64,000 nt of DNA. Source: Oscillospiraceae bacterium. Its GTDB lineage: Bacteria; Bacillota; Clostridia; Oscillospirales; CAG-272. Shown here piece by piece: positions 9,387 to 18,040 of the stretch. The stretch's first letter is position 1, and every line of letters begins with the position of its first letter. Made by a program: the position numbers and the translations under genes. The notes under the pieces were generated by a model. It was not told the DNA's origin and did no database searches. It was given only the letters and a program-made list of their open reading frames with translations. Location of the stretch: contig SVQT01000001.1 in the NCBI GenBank assembly GCA_015065215.1, positions 34,237 to 98,236 on the forward strand, in the 5' to 3' direction.

Positions 9387-10784
9387 TTACCCTTGGAGCT
9401 TTTCGGGGGCGGCAAGATATTTGAGCACCTCAAAAATGCTCTTGATGGGGATCAGCTCAATGTCCGCCTTGATCTGCCGTTTTTCCAGATTGCGATAGGG
9501 GACAATGGCTTTTCCAAAACCAAGTCTTGCGGCCTCTTTCACACGATATTCCAGGCCGGATACCGAACGGCATTCGCCGGAAAGGCCCAGCTCGCCAATA
9601 GCGATCAGCTCGTCGGGCACAGCGCGATCGGTGAGAGAGGAGATCAGCGCCATCGCGACGGCCACGTCCGAGGCTGGCTCATCCAGATGCATACCGCCGA
9701 TGACATTCAGATACACGTCGTTGACCGAAAAACGCAGTCCTAACCGCTTTTCCAACACAGCAAGGATAAGGCAAAGACGGTTGTAATCAATACCGTTCGA
9801 GGTGCGGCGTGGGGCGGGGAACGCAGTGGCGGAAACCAACGCCTGTATCTCGGCAATCAGAGGCCTGGTACCCTCCATGGTGCATACGGCACAGTTACCG
9901 GGGGTGTTTTGCGGTCTGCCCGCCAATAGCATTTCAGAGGGGTTTGCCACCTCGGCAAGACCTTCGTCTGTCATCTCAAAAACACCGATCTCATTGGTCG
10001 AGCCGTAGCGGTTCTTGATGGCGCGGATGATGCGGTAGGTTTGCTGACGCTCGCCTTCAAAATAAAGCACCGCGTCAACCATGTGCTCCAGCACCTTGGG
10101 GCCGGCAATGGTACCCTCCTTGTTGACATGACCCACCAAAATAACAGAAATATTATCGGTTTTTGCTTTATTAATAAAGGCAAGAGCGGTCTCGCGCACT
10201 TGCGTTACAGCACCCGGCGTGGAGGAAATATTGTCGCTATAAATGGTTTGGATCGAATCTACGATGACAACATCCGGAGAGACACGGTCAATCTCACCGA
10301 GAATGCGCTCAATGTTGGTTTCGGTCAGGATCGAAAGGTTGTCTCCCGCCACGCCCAATCGCTCGGCACGGAGCTTGAGCTGTCCGTCGGATTCCTCGCC
10401 CGAAACGTACAGCACCTTGCGGTGGCTGCCCAGAATATCCGAGATCTGCATGAGCAGGGTGGATTTACCAATACCGGGCTCGCCTGCCAGCAACACCACA
10501 GAACCAAGCACCAGGCCACCGCCCAGCACACGGTCCAGCTCACCAAGACCGGTGGCGGTGCGGATATAGGATGGCATTTCCATTTCTTTATACGGGATTG
10601 CTTTGTGCTCACCGGTACGAGCGGTCAAGGCACGGCGCGGAGATTTGGCCGGATCGCTTTTACTTTCCTCTCCGATCACATCCTCCACAAAGCTGTTCCA
10701 GGCACCGCACCCGGGGCATTTTCCCATCCATTTAGGGGAGTGGTTCCCACATTCCGAACAAATATAAACGGTTTTTAACTTCAC
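9387..10784 (-). CDS. radA: DNA repair protein RadA/Sms
   Basis: N-terminal zinc ribbon CSECGNHSPKWMGKCPGCGAWNS, Walker A GEPGIGKST, KNRYG motif (AIKNRYGSTNE), and a Lon-like C-terminal domain. Start moved to GTG 10784 behind GGGAGG. The upstream 60 codons of the track ORF look non-coding. Confidence 0.93.
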   Translation of the reverse strand: MKLKTVYICSECGNHSPKWMGKCPGCGAWNSFVEDVIGEESKSDPAKSPRRALTARTGEHKAIPYKEMEMPSYIRTATGLGELDRVLGGGLVLGSVVLLAGEPGIGKSTLLMQISDILGSHRKVLYVSGEESDGQLKLRAERLGVAGDNLSILTETNIERILGEIDRVSPDVVIVDSIQTIYSDNISSTPGAVTQVRETALAFINKAKTDNISVILVGHVNKEGTIAGPKVLEHMVDAVLYFEGERQQTYRIIRAIKNRYGSTNEIGVFEMTDEGLAEVANPSEMLLAGRPQNTPGNCAVCTMEGTRPLIAEIQALVSATAFPAPRRTSNGIDYNRLCLILAVLEKRLGLRFSVNDVYLNVIGGMHLDEPASDVAVAMALISSLTDRAVPDELIAIGELGLSGECRSVSGLEYRVKEAARLGFGKAIVPYRNLEKRQIKADIELIPIKSIFEVLKYLAAPEKLQG

Positions 10785-10858
10785 TTTAACCTCCCGCGGG
10801 GCATCCGCGCTTTCAGTTCTTTTTTCTATTATAGCACAGGAAAGAGCGGCTTGCAAGA

Positions 10859-11575
10859 TTACAGTGGTGATTTTTCTGTAATGGCGGCTAAAAATACCGC
10901 GATCAATTGTTGGCGATAAAAGGGCTCGCAAAGCTTTTCGCACTCGGCGGGGGTGGAAAGAAAGCCGCATTCAATCAGAATAGCAGGAGTTTTTGCGTGA
11001 CGCAAAAGGTAAATATTGCTGCTGGCAGCTTTTACCTTTCGGTTGTTTTGCGGTTGAAGTATGCTTTTGACCTTGCTTTGTATTGCGTTTGCCCAGTCGA
11101 TCGATTGGGCGTGATTTTGTGAGTACCAGACCTGCACCCCTTCGCAGCTATCGTTTGGAAATGTGTTCATATGAATACTGATAAAAACGCTATCCGGATA
11201 CGATTCGGTAAAGGCCAAACGGTTGCTCAGATCCGATTGCTTTTTGTGTCCCTTGGGGGTGTTTTCGCTATAGAGCAGGCGATCGTCTGTTCTGGTTTCA
11301 ATCACGGTATAGCCTGCCAAACGCAGAAGTGCCGCCAGCTCCTTTGTCAGAGCAAGATTCAAGTCCTTTTCAAGCACGCCGTTCACACCGCTAGCGCCCC
11401 CATCCTCACCCCCGTGTCCGGCATCCAAAATGATCACAGGGGCCAGCTCCGAAGCGCCGCTGACTGCCAGCTCCTGAAGGAGCGCGTGGTCTGCCGCTCG
11501 AAAAAGGGAAGAGAGCAACAGTAGCGTTGAAAGAAATAAAATGCCAAAAGAAATCCATTTACTTTGATGCTTCAT
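10859..11575 (-). CDS. cwlD: N-acetylmuramoyl-L-alanine amidase, germination-specific CwlD-like
   Basis: Signal/anchor followed by an Amidase_3 domain (VIILDAGHGGEDGGA, FISIHMN, AILIECGFLS). Size and layout match CwlD. ATG 11575 lies 6 nt after GAGGTG. Confidence 0.8.
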   Translation of the reverse strand: MKHQSKWISFGILFLSTLLLLSSLFRAADHALLQELAVSGASELAPVIILDAGHGGEDGGASGVNGVLEKDLNLALTKELAALLRLAGYTVIETRTDDRLLYSENTPKGHKKQSDLSNRLAFTESYPDSVFISIHMNTFPNDSCEGVQVWYSQNHAQSIDWANAIQSKVKSILQPQNNRKVKAASSNIYLLRHAKTPAILIECGFLSTPAECEKLCEPFYRQQLIAVFLAAITEKSPL

Positions 11576-11671
11576 TTTTTTCACCTCATCCTACTATAAT
11601 AGGCAAGCGGCCAATTTATGATAAAATCATGACCACCACTTCAAGTGCTGGTTTATCTACCCTAAAGGCTG

Positions 11672-11728
11672 CAAAAAAGGGCGCTTCATGCGTGATACAC
11701 CGTAAAGAGTATCACGCATACAGCGCCC
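11672..11728 (-). terminator. Strong rho-independent terminator after the ACP gene
   Basis: Minus strand: GGGCGCTGTATGCGTGATAC ... GTATCACGCATGAAGCGCCC (stem of ~20 bp with one mismatch), followed by TTTTTT (complement of 11673-11678). Confidence 0.8.
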
Positions 11729-11742
11729 TGATCCTTTATTTT

Positions 11743-11964
11743 TTAGAGGGTTTCGAGGTAGTTGACTACATCGCCCACCGTTATGAATTTGTTGGAATCG
11801 TCCTCGTTGATCTCGATACCGAATTTCTCTTCGCAAAGCATGATAAGATCGGCAAGCTCAATTGAGTTGATATTCAGGTCTTTCGAAAGTTCCGCATCCA
11901 TGGTAATGTCATCGGGATTGATCTGAAGCTCCTCAACCAGCAGTTCTCTTACTTTTTCAAGCAT
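11743..11964 (-). CDS. Acyl carrier protein (stand-alone)
   Basis: 73 aa. The helix II region LNINSIELADLIMLCEEKFGIEI carries the phosphopantetheine-serine context. ATG 11964 follows GGAGG. Confidence 0.75.
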   Translation of the reverse strand: MLEKVRELLVEELQINPDDITMDAELSKDLNINSIELADLIMLCEEKFGIEINEDDSNKFITVGDVVNYLETL

Positions 11965-12014
11965 AATGTTTCCTCCAAAAATTAATAACATATTTGACAT
12001 CATAGGTTTGTCTT

Positions 12015-12043
12015 ATTATAACGAATAAAAAGATTTTTGTCAA
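12015..12043 (-). promoter_or_regulatory. SigA-type promoter for the ACP gene
   Basis: Minus strand: TTGACA (complement of 12038-12043), 17-nt spacer, TATAAT (complement of 12015-12020). Confidence 0.6.
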
Positions 12044-12080
12044 GCATTTTCGCAAATTTTGTGCCGTTTTGAGAGAAAGA

Positions 12081-12110
12081 TTGACAAAATCGCGTTTTTT
12101 GTCGTATAAT
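12081..12110 (+). promoter_or_regulatory. SigA-type promoter for comEC
   Basis: TTGACA (12081-12086), 18-nt spacer, TATAAT (12105-12110). Followed by a GGGAGAG RBS and ATG 12141. Confidence 0.6.
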
Positions 12111-12140
12111 AGACAGGACTTTTGGAAAGGGAGAGAACAA

Positions 12141-14428
12141 ATGGCGATATTCAAGAAAAGACCTTTGGCGGTTTCCGCGGCACTGTTTATTCTTTGCGTC
12201 GCGCTCTCTTTTTTCTTTTCCAACCGGGTGGGGTATTGGATATTGGGGATAACGGCCCTTTTGCTGATCGGCTATTTGCTAATTCTTTGGCGAAAAGGCG
12301 TTCGCACCGCCGCTTGACAGTACTGCTTCTCTTGATCGCCATTTTGCTTGGCGTGGGATGTGTAACAATCGAACGGTATCGGGCCGAGGAACGCTTTGTA
12401 CCTTATTACGATACCTCTCTGACAGCGGAAATGAAGATTTTGGATATTTACACGAATACGGCCTATGGCTCCCGCTTGCTTGTTAGAATTACAAATCTTA
12501 ACGGACAAAACCGTAATGTAAAGGCGCTTTTGGTCATGGAGGGGAACTCACCGCTGTTTTACGGAGACAGCGTCAAGGGGGAATTTATTTGTACAACGCT
12601 GGAAGAGCACAGCTATTTTACCGGACAAGAAAGCGAATATTTAGCGGATGGCGCTTATGTAGCGCTTGTACCGTTTGACACGAAAGCGCTTTGCTTGACC
12701 AAGGACGGCAGTGACAGCTTTTCCGCTCGCTTAGCTGATCTGCAAGGCGCTTTCCATCATCGCTTGACAGGTCTTGCTGACGGTGATGCCGCAGAACTGA
12801 TCAGCGCGATGCTTTTGGGCACCCGTGAAGCGCTGTCAGATCCCATCCAGCGTGATTTTCGCCGCGCGGGACTGTCGCATTTGCTGGCAATCAGCGGTCT
12901 TCATTTGGCCATTATCGTCCTGTTGCTCGACCGTTTTCTTTGTCTTTTGCGAATCAAAAAACCTTTTCGCATCGCGTTTTTGGTCTTGTTTTGCGTAGGA
13001 TACCTATTTTTGACAGGCTGCTCGTATTCGATGCTGCGAGCAGTTTTGATGCTGATCTTTTTGCAGATCGCCTTTTTCTTCAAAGAAGATTACGATGCCT
13101 TCACCGCCTTGTTTGTGGGCGGTGCCTGTATGCTGCTGTTTTCGCCATCGGCGCTTTTTGATCTTTCTTTTCAAATGACCATGCTCGCGACCTTCGGCAT
13201 TTTGGCGTTTGGCGATCTGCAAGCAAGCATGCTCCGGCTGATCCCAGAGAAAAAGGGCATGCTTGGCATGCTGTGCGCCGTCGGCAGAAAAGTTTTGCTC
13301 TCACTGTTTATCACCCTTTGCGCTACCGTTGCCATTTTGCCGGTACAATGGTTGGTATTTGGCGAGATTTCGGTGCTCACACCGCTTTCTAATCTCTTGA
13401 TCCTCCCGCTCTGCCCGCCTTTGTTGATTTTGGGGTTGCTTTCTCTGATTTTTTCTGGCTGGACCTTTCTCGGTCAGCTGTTTATCCTACCCGCTACATG
13501 GATCGCAAAATGGTTTTTATGGATTACCGCAAAACTTTCACCGCTTGGTAGTATGATTTCCTTGCGATATGGTTTTGTTCCGTATATTTTTATTCCATTT
13601 TTGGCATTGACAGTACTGTTTTTAATAATAGAATTGAAAAAGCAGAAGTATCTTGTCTTTTCTCCAGCGGTTGTCGCTGTTCTCGCCTTTGTTCTTTGCA
13701 TGACGGTTTGTTTTGTCAGAGATGCGCGCCAAGTAGAGGCTGTATACCGCACCTCAGGGAAACAGGATGTTGTCTTATTGGTGCAAAATGGCAATGCCAT
13801 GATCTGTGATTTTTCCGGCGGTAGCGTGACACAGCTATACAATGATTATAAATTGTTGCAAGAGCGCTGCGCAACCGACATAGATGTGCTGATGCTGACC
13901 CATTATCACAGGCAACAGATCAACGCCATCACCCGCTTTTCCGGTTCTGTGCTCATACGTGCCCTCTGGGTGCCAGAGCCACTTGACGAGAAGGAAGTCT
14001 CCATTTTCCTGGCGTTATGCGAAAGGGCCGCGCAAGCGAACATTCCGGTGACGGTATATGACTACGAAGAAGCGCTGACTGTTTTTGAAAGCGGTACCGT
14101 AACCCTTTCGGCGCCGCTCTATCAAAAGCGATCGGTAGAACCCGCGCTGCGACTGCAAGTAACCTTTGGCAAGGATACGCTTTGCTATCAAAGCGCCGCT
14201 TACGGTGAGTATGCCGATCAATTGGAGTATGAGGCCCTGCCTGTAGAGGCTCGCTATCTGATTTTGGGTGGACATGGGCCGGTGCCGCACCGTGAGATTG
14301 CCGCGCCCACCGCCACGGTGCCGGAGGAGATCGTGATCTCCAACGCTACCGTCGCGACGCAATATACCTATCCGCTTGATACCCGCTATCGGTTTTTACC
14401 GGGGCATGTTTCGTACCGGTTGCACTGA
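12141..14428 (+). CDS. comEC: ComEC/Rec2 DNA internalization channel protein; N-terminus in a different frame from the body (frame change near 12291-12317)
   Basis: The body is the 12122 track ORF. It has a competence domain (GLSHLLAISGLHLAIIVLLL), many TM helices, and a C-terminal metallo-beta-lactamase-like domain. The N-terminus that makes sense (MAIFKKRPLAVSAALFILCVALSFFF..., two TM helices, with promoter and RBS) is in the 12069 ORF frame, which stops at 12315-12317. Confidence 0.8.
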
Positions 14429-14524
14429 AATTCTGCGAATTTTGTCAAATCCTCATTCTTTGCATAAGATATTAGGGAAGGGTCGTTTTACGGCTCGAAT
14501 TCAATAAGGAGGGCCCTATACCTT

Positions 14525-15391
14525 ATGGGAGAGAACAGATTTTCTTGTTCCGGTAACGCGTCCGTTGCCCGTGATAGCTTTGGCATCGAAGCGTCTCGTA
14601 TTTTGGATGCTTGCCGCGATAGAGATTGTTTTGAGAATGTTCGCGTATTTTTGACCTGCGTCGGTGAGGATCTGATTGCCCGCACCAACAATGTACGTGT
14701 AAAGAAAGCCAAACTGTGCGGTGCCAACATTGTGACCGATCCGATTCAGTTCAATCGCGGTTTTTACGCGGTTACCATCAAATTCTATGTAAGCCTTGTT
14801 TTTGAGGTCTGTGTGCCGATGGGGCAGTCTCAGGAATTTGAAGGAGTCGCGGTCTTGGAAAAGCGTGTGGTACTTTATGGCGGCGAGAGTAATGTCAGTG
14901 TATTCCGCAGTAGCGCAAGCGACGGCTATTGTGCCATCCCTGAGCCTGTTTGCTGCGGCAAGAACCATCCCGAAGCGGTGGTTGAGGTGGTGGAGCCCAT
15001 CGTGCTTGGTGCCCGCATCGTGAACACCTGTTCCGAGTGCCGTTGCTGCTGCGGTTGCTCTGATATTCCCGTGCTGGTCACCGATTCGCTCAATGGCACA
15101 TTGGTTGACGACGGCAACCGAGACGGACGTTTTCTCACCGTCTCGCTGGGACTTTTCTCGGTGGTACGCCTTGTGCGTGAAGGACAACTGCTGGTTCAAG
15201 GGGCAGAATTCTGTCTGCCTGACAAGGAATGCTGCGAGCCAAGCGAAGAGGATCCTTGTGGCACGTTTCGCAAAATGCCGTTTCCCGCGGCGGAATTTTG
15301 TCCGATTACCGCGCCGGTAAACAGTAACGCGCTCGGCAACGGTCATGGCAACGGTAACGGCCGTTCCTCTCGCTGCTGCTCAAATTCCTAA
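14525..15391 (+). CDS. Cysteine-rich hypothetical protein (22 Cys in 288 aa)
   Basis: AAGGAGGG (14506-14513) upstream of ATG 14525. Cys clusters DACRDRDC, VCCGK, CSECRCCCGC, ECCEP, and a terminal GNGHGNGNGRSSRCC. I recognise no family. Confidence 0.6.
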   Translation: MGENRFSCSGNASVARDSFGIEASRILDACRDRDCFENVRVFLTCVGEDLIARTNNVRVKKAKLCGANIVTDPIQFNRGFYAVTIKFYVSLVFEVCVPMGQSQEFEGVAVLEKRVVLYGGESNVSVFRSSASDGYCAIPEPVCCGKNHPEAVVEVVEPIVLGARIVNTCSECRCCCGCSDIPVLVTDSLNGTLVDDGNRDGRFLTVSLGLFSVVRLVREGQLLVQGAEFCLPDKECCEPSEEDPCGTFRKMPFPAAEFCPITAPVNSNALGNGHGNGNGRSSRCCSNS

Positions 15392-15529
15392 AGCTTAAAA
15401 TAACTGTGCGGCGCGGCCGCTTTAGGGGTTGTTACACTTGGCGAGAGCAAAAGAGCCCGTCAATAAAAAAACGCACCTTTGTGCGCCTCACGCCTTGAGC
15501 GGAGCGCTCCCTGCCTAAATCTGACGATC

Positions 15530-15588
15530 CCCAAAGAAAAGAGGTTGTCTCAAATTTGCATTTGAGACAACCTCTATCTTATTTTTTT
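15530..15588. terminator. Bidirectional rho-independent terminator
   Basis: Perfect 15-bp stem: GAGGTTGTCTCAAAT (15541-15555), loop TTGC, ATTTGAGACAACCTC (15560-15574). T-rich tracts follow on both strands. Confidence 0.8.
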
Positions 15589-16580
15589 ACGCCCAGCTCT
15601 TCATTTTCCTGTTGGAACCGCAAATTGCGGCGCCAACGGAAGGGGGAACAGTAGTAGCGTTCCTTGAACTGATTGTGAAAGAAGCTGGTATTTTCATAGC
15701 CGACGGCAATGATAATATCTCCAACCGGCAAATCGGTTTCTTTTAGTAAACGAATTGCCTCTTTAAACCGTTCCTCTTGTAACAGTTGGCTAAAGGTAAA
15801 CCCGCAAAGCTCCCGTACACGCTTGGAGAGATAGGGAACACTAAGCCCCAGCTTGTCTGCCAGCTCGCTGAGCGTTGCGGTACGGAAATCGGTACTGAGA
15901 TAGTCCTCAATACGCGCCTGTAAAAGCTCCGCATCAGAGCGATGGCGGGCAGCGGAGATCATACATTCGGGCAGCTCGCCGAAATAGCGCAGAATTAAGG
16001 CAACGGTGGCTTTTAAGGTATCCATACCGGTCACATCATTGCCCACCAACGCATACGTCAGGTTTTCAAACAGATTTTCCAGTGGCGGCACGCCTTCGGT
16101 AGAAAAAAGCATATATTCCGGTTCTCCGTTAGAGCGGATGTTTTCCGCCATAAAAGAGGAAAGGGGAGAGGCTGGCGGCAAGGCAGATGCCAGGGAGTGG
16201 AAGCATTCGGTGGCAAGCATCACGTTAACGGCAAGATCACGTTCTCCGGTTTTGCGAACACTATGCTGTGTATGACGGTTAAGGAGCAACACATCTCCTG
16301 CATGCATTTTAATTTCACGATGCTTGATCACATGTGTAACAGTTCCGCTTGCCACATAGGTCATTTCCACATAATTGTGACCGTGAGCCGGAAAATCCGC
16401 AAAGCGGGTATGGCGGCGCAGAGCGATTTGCTCCCCCTCCTGCATCAGTCTATGGCTATTGACAATAAATTCTTTGGCAAATGCGGTATACAGACGCTTG
16501 TTCACCTTATGCTCACCGTCTAAAATTCTGCGCTCCTCTTCGTTGATCAGTGCCAGGCGTGACAGTAAATCTTCTCTCAT
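15579..16580 (-). CDS. AraC family transcriptional regulator with cupin sensor domain (RhaR/RhaS-like by context)
   Basis: Cupin segment (FPAHGHNYVEMTYVASGTVTHVI). C-terminal AraC HTH (LSELADKLGLSVPYLSKRVRELCGFTFSQLL...GYENTSFFHNQFKERY). Divergent from rhaA. ATG 16580 follows GGGAGGAG. Confidence 0.85.
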   Translation of the reverse strand: MREDLLSRLALINEEERRILDGEHKVNKRLYTAFAKEFIVNSHRLMQEGEQIALRRHTRFADFPAHGHNYVEMTYVASGTVTHVIKHREIKMHAGDVLLLNRHTQHSVRKTGERDLAVNVMLATECFHSLASALPPASPLSSFMAENIRSNGEPEYMLFSTEGVPPLENLFENLTYALVGNDVTGMDTLKATVALILRYFGELPECMISAARHRSDAELLQARIEDYLSTDFRTATLSELADKLGLSVPYLSKRVRELCGFTFSQLLQEERFKEAIRLLKETDLPVGDIIIAVGYENTSFFHNQFKERYYCSPFRWRRNLRFQQENEELGVKK

Positions 16581-16752
16581 TTTTGGCAACTCCTCCCGGT
16601 GATGATTTGTTTTAGTATAGCATAAAACGACGCAAAAATCAATAGCTTTCCTTAAAAATAGCCCTATTTTTGTAAAATAGCCGTTCTTATTATTTGCAAG
16701 CGTTTGTGATACAATGAAATTGTAAAAAATACTTTCAAGGGGGATTTCCCGT

Positions 16753-18003
16753 ATGGCAACTTGCTACGAATGGGCAAAACAAAAATACGCAACCATCGGC
16801 ATAGATACCGAGGCGGCAATCAACACGCTGAAAAATTATGCAATCTCAATGCATTGCTGGCAAGGCGACGATGTTCGTGGTTTTGATAGCGAAGAGGAGC
16901 TTTCCGGCGGCATTCAGACAACTGGCAATTACCCCGGCCGCGCCACCAGGCCGGAAGAACTGATGGCAGATATGGATAAGGCCCTGTCGCTGATCGGCGG
17001 CAAGCACAAGATCAATCTGCACGCCTGCTACGCCATTTTTGAAAAAGGCGGGTTTGCTGACCGTGATAAGCTGGAGCCAAAACACTTTGAGCGCTGGGTT
17101 GCATACGCCAAGGAGCGGGGAATGGGCATTGACTTTAACCCCACCTTCTTCTCGCATCCCATGGCCGCTTCCGGTCTGACCCTTTCCTCACCTGACGAGG
17201 AAATTCGCCGCTTCTGGATCGAGCACGGTAAGGCTTGCATCCGTATCTCTGAATATTTCGCCAACGAGACCGGTATTCCTTGCGTGATGAATATCTGGAT
17301 CCCCGACGGCTACAAGGATATTCCCGCCGATCGCATCGGCCCGAGAGCCCGCTTTGCCGCATCGCTTGATGAGATTTTGGCCATTCCCTATGACAAGTCC
17401 AAGGTGCTGATTTGTCTGGAATCCAAGGTGTTCGGCATAGGCGTGGAGTCTTATACTGTCGGCTCTGCCGAGTTCACGATGAACTATGTGGCAAAGAACG
17501 GCCTTGTACCCTTGATGGACAACGGTCATTATCATCCCACCGAGGTGGTCTCTGACAAGCTTTCCTCAATGTTCCTGTTCAACAAAAATGTCGCTTTGCA
17601 CGTCACCCGCGGCGTTCGCTGGGATAGCGACCATGTGGTGCGCCTGGACGATGAGACCCGAGAGATTGCCAAAGAACTGGTCGCCTCTGGCCGTATGAAT
17701 GATGTAGCCCTTGCCCTGGACTACTTTGATGCCAGCATCAATCGGATAGCCGCCTGGGTCATTGGTATGCGCAATATGCAGCGCGCGCTGCTGGGCGCTC
17801 TGCTGACCCCTCACGCCGCAATGAAGCAGCTACAGAACGAAGGCAAATTTACCGAGCTGTTTGTCAAGAGTGAGGAATTGAAATCTTATCCCGAAGGTAT
17901 CGTTTGGGAGGAATTTTGCAACCGCTGCGGCGTACCCGCTGACGAGAGCTGGTTCGCGGAAGTTCAACAGTACGAAAAGACTGTACTTGTCAACCGTAAA
18001 TAA
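16753..18003 (+). CDS. rhaA: L-rhamnose isomerase
   Basis: 416 aa. N-terminal AISMHCWQGDDVRGFD and overall length and sequence are typical of RhaA. Confidence 0.9.
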   Translation: MATCYEWAKQKYATIGIDTEAAINTLKNYAISMHCWQGDDVRGFDSEEELSGGIQTTGNYPGRATRPEELMADMDKALSLIGGKHKINLHACYAIFEKGGFADRDKLEPKHFERWVAYAKERGMGIDFNPTFFSHPMAASGLTLSSPDEEIRRFWIEHGKACIRISEYFANETGIPCVMNIWIPDGYKDIPADRIGPRARFAASLDEILAIPYDKSKVLICLESKVFGIGVESYTVGSAEFTMNYVAKNGLVPLMDNGHYHPTEVVSDKLSSMFLFNKNVALHVTRGVRWDSDHVVRLDDETREIAKELVASGRMNDVALALDYFDASINRIAAWVIGMRNMQRALLGALLTPHAAMKQLQNEGKFTELFVKSEELKSYPEGIVWEEFCNRCGVPADESWFAEVQQYEKTVLVNRK

Positions 18004-18040
18004 AGCAAAAGCTTAAAAAATATAAAGGAAGGTGCTTTAC

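Noticed and set aside
9360-10778. Several plus-strand ORFs (up to 245 aa) within radA
   Set aside because: They are antisense shadow frames of a well-supported radA.
12122-12313. ATG 12122 as the ComEC start (track ORF N-terminus MERERTNGDIQEKTFGGFRG...)
   Set aside because: This segment is hydrophilic and unlike any ComEC N-terminus. The overlapping frame from ATG 12141 has the promoter, the RBS and the expected TM helices.
14516-15346. 276-aa minus-strand ORF opposite the Cys-rich gene
   Set aside because: Both frames are open, so this is a judgement call. The plus frame has a strong RBS, a sensible start, and clustered Cys motifs. The minus frame has no RBS and reads as a typical shadow sequence (A/G/H/R-rich). 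A conservation analysis (dN/dS per frame) would settle it.
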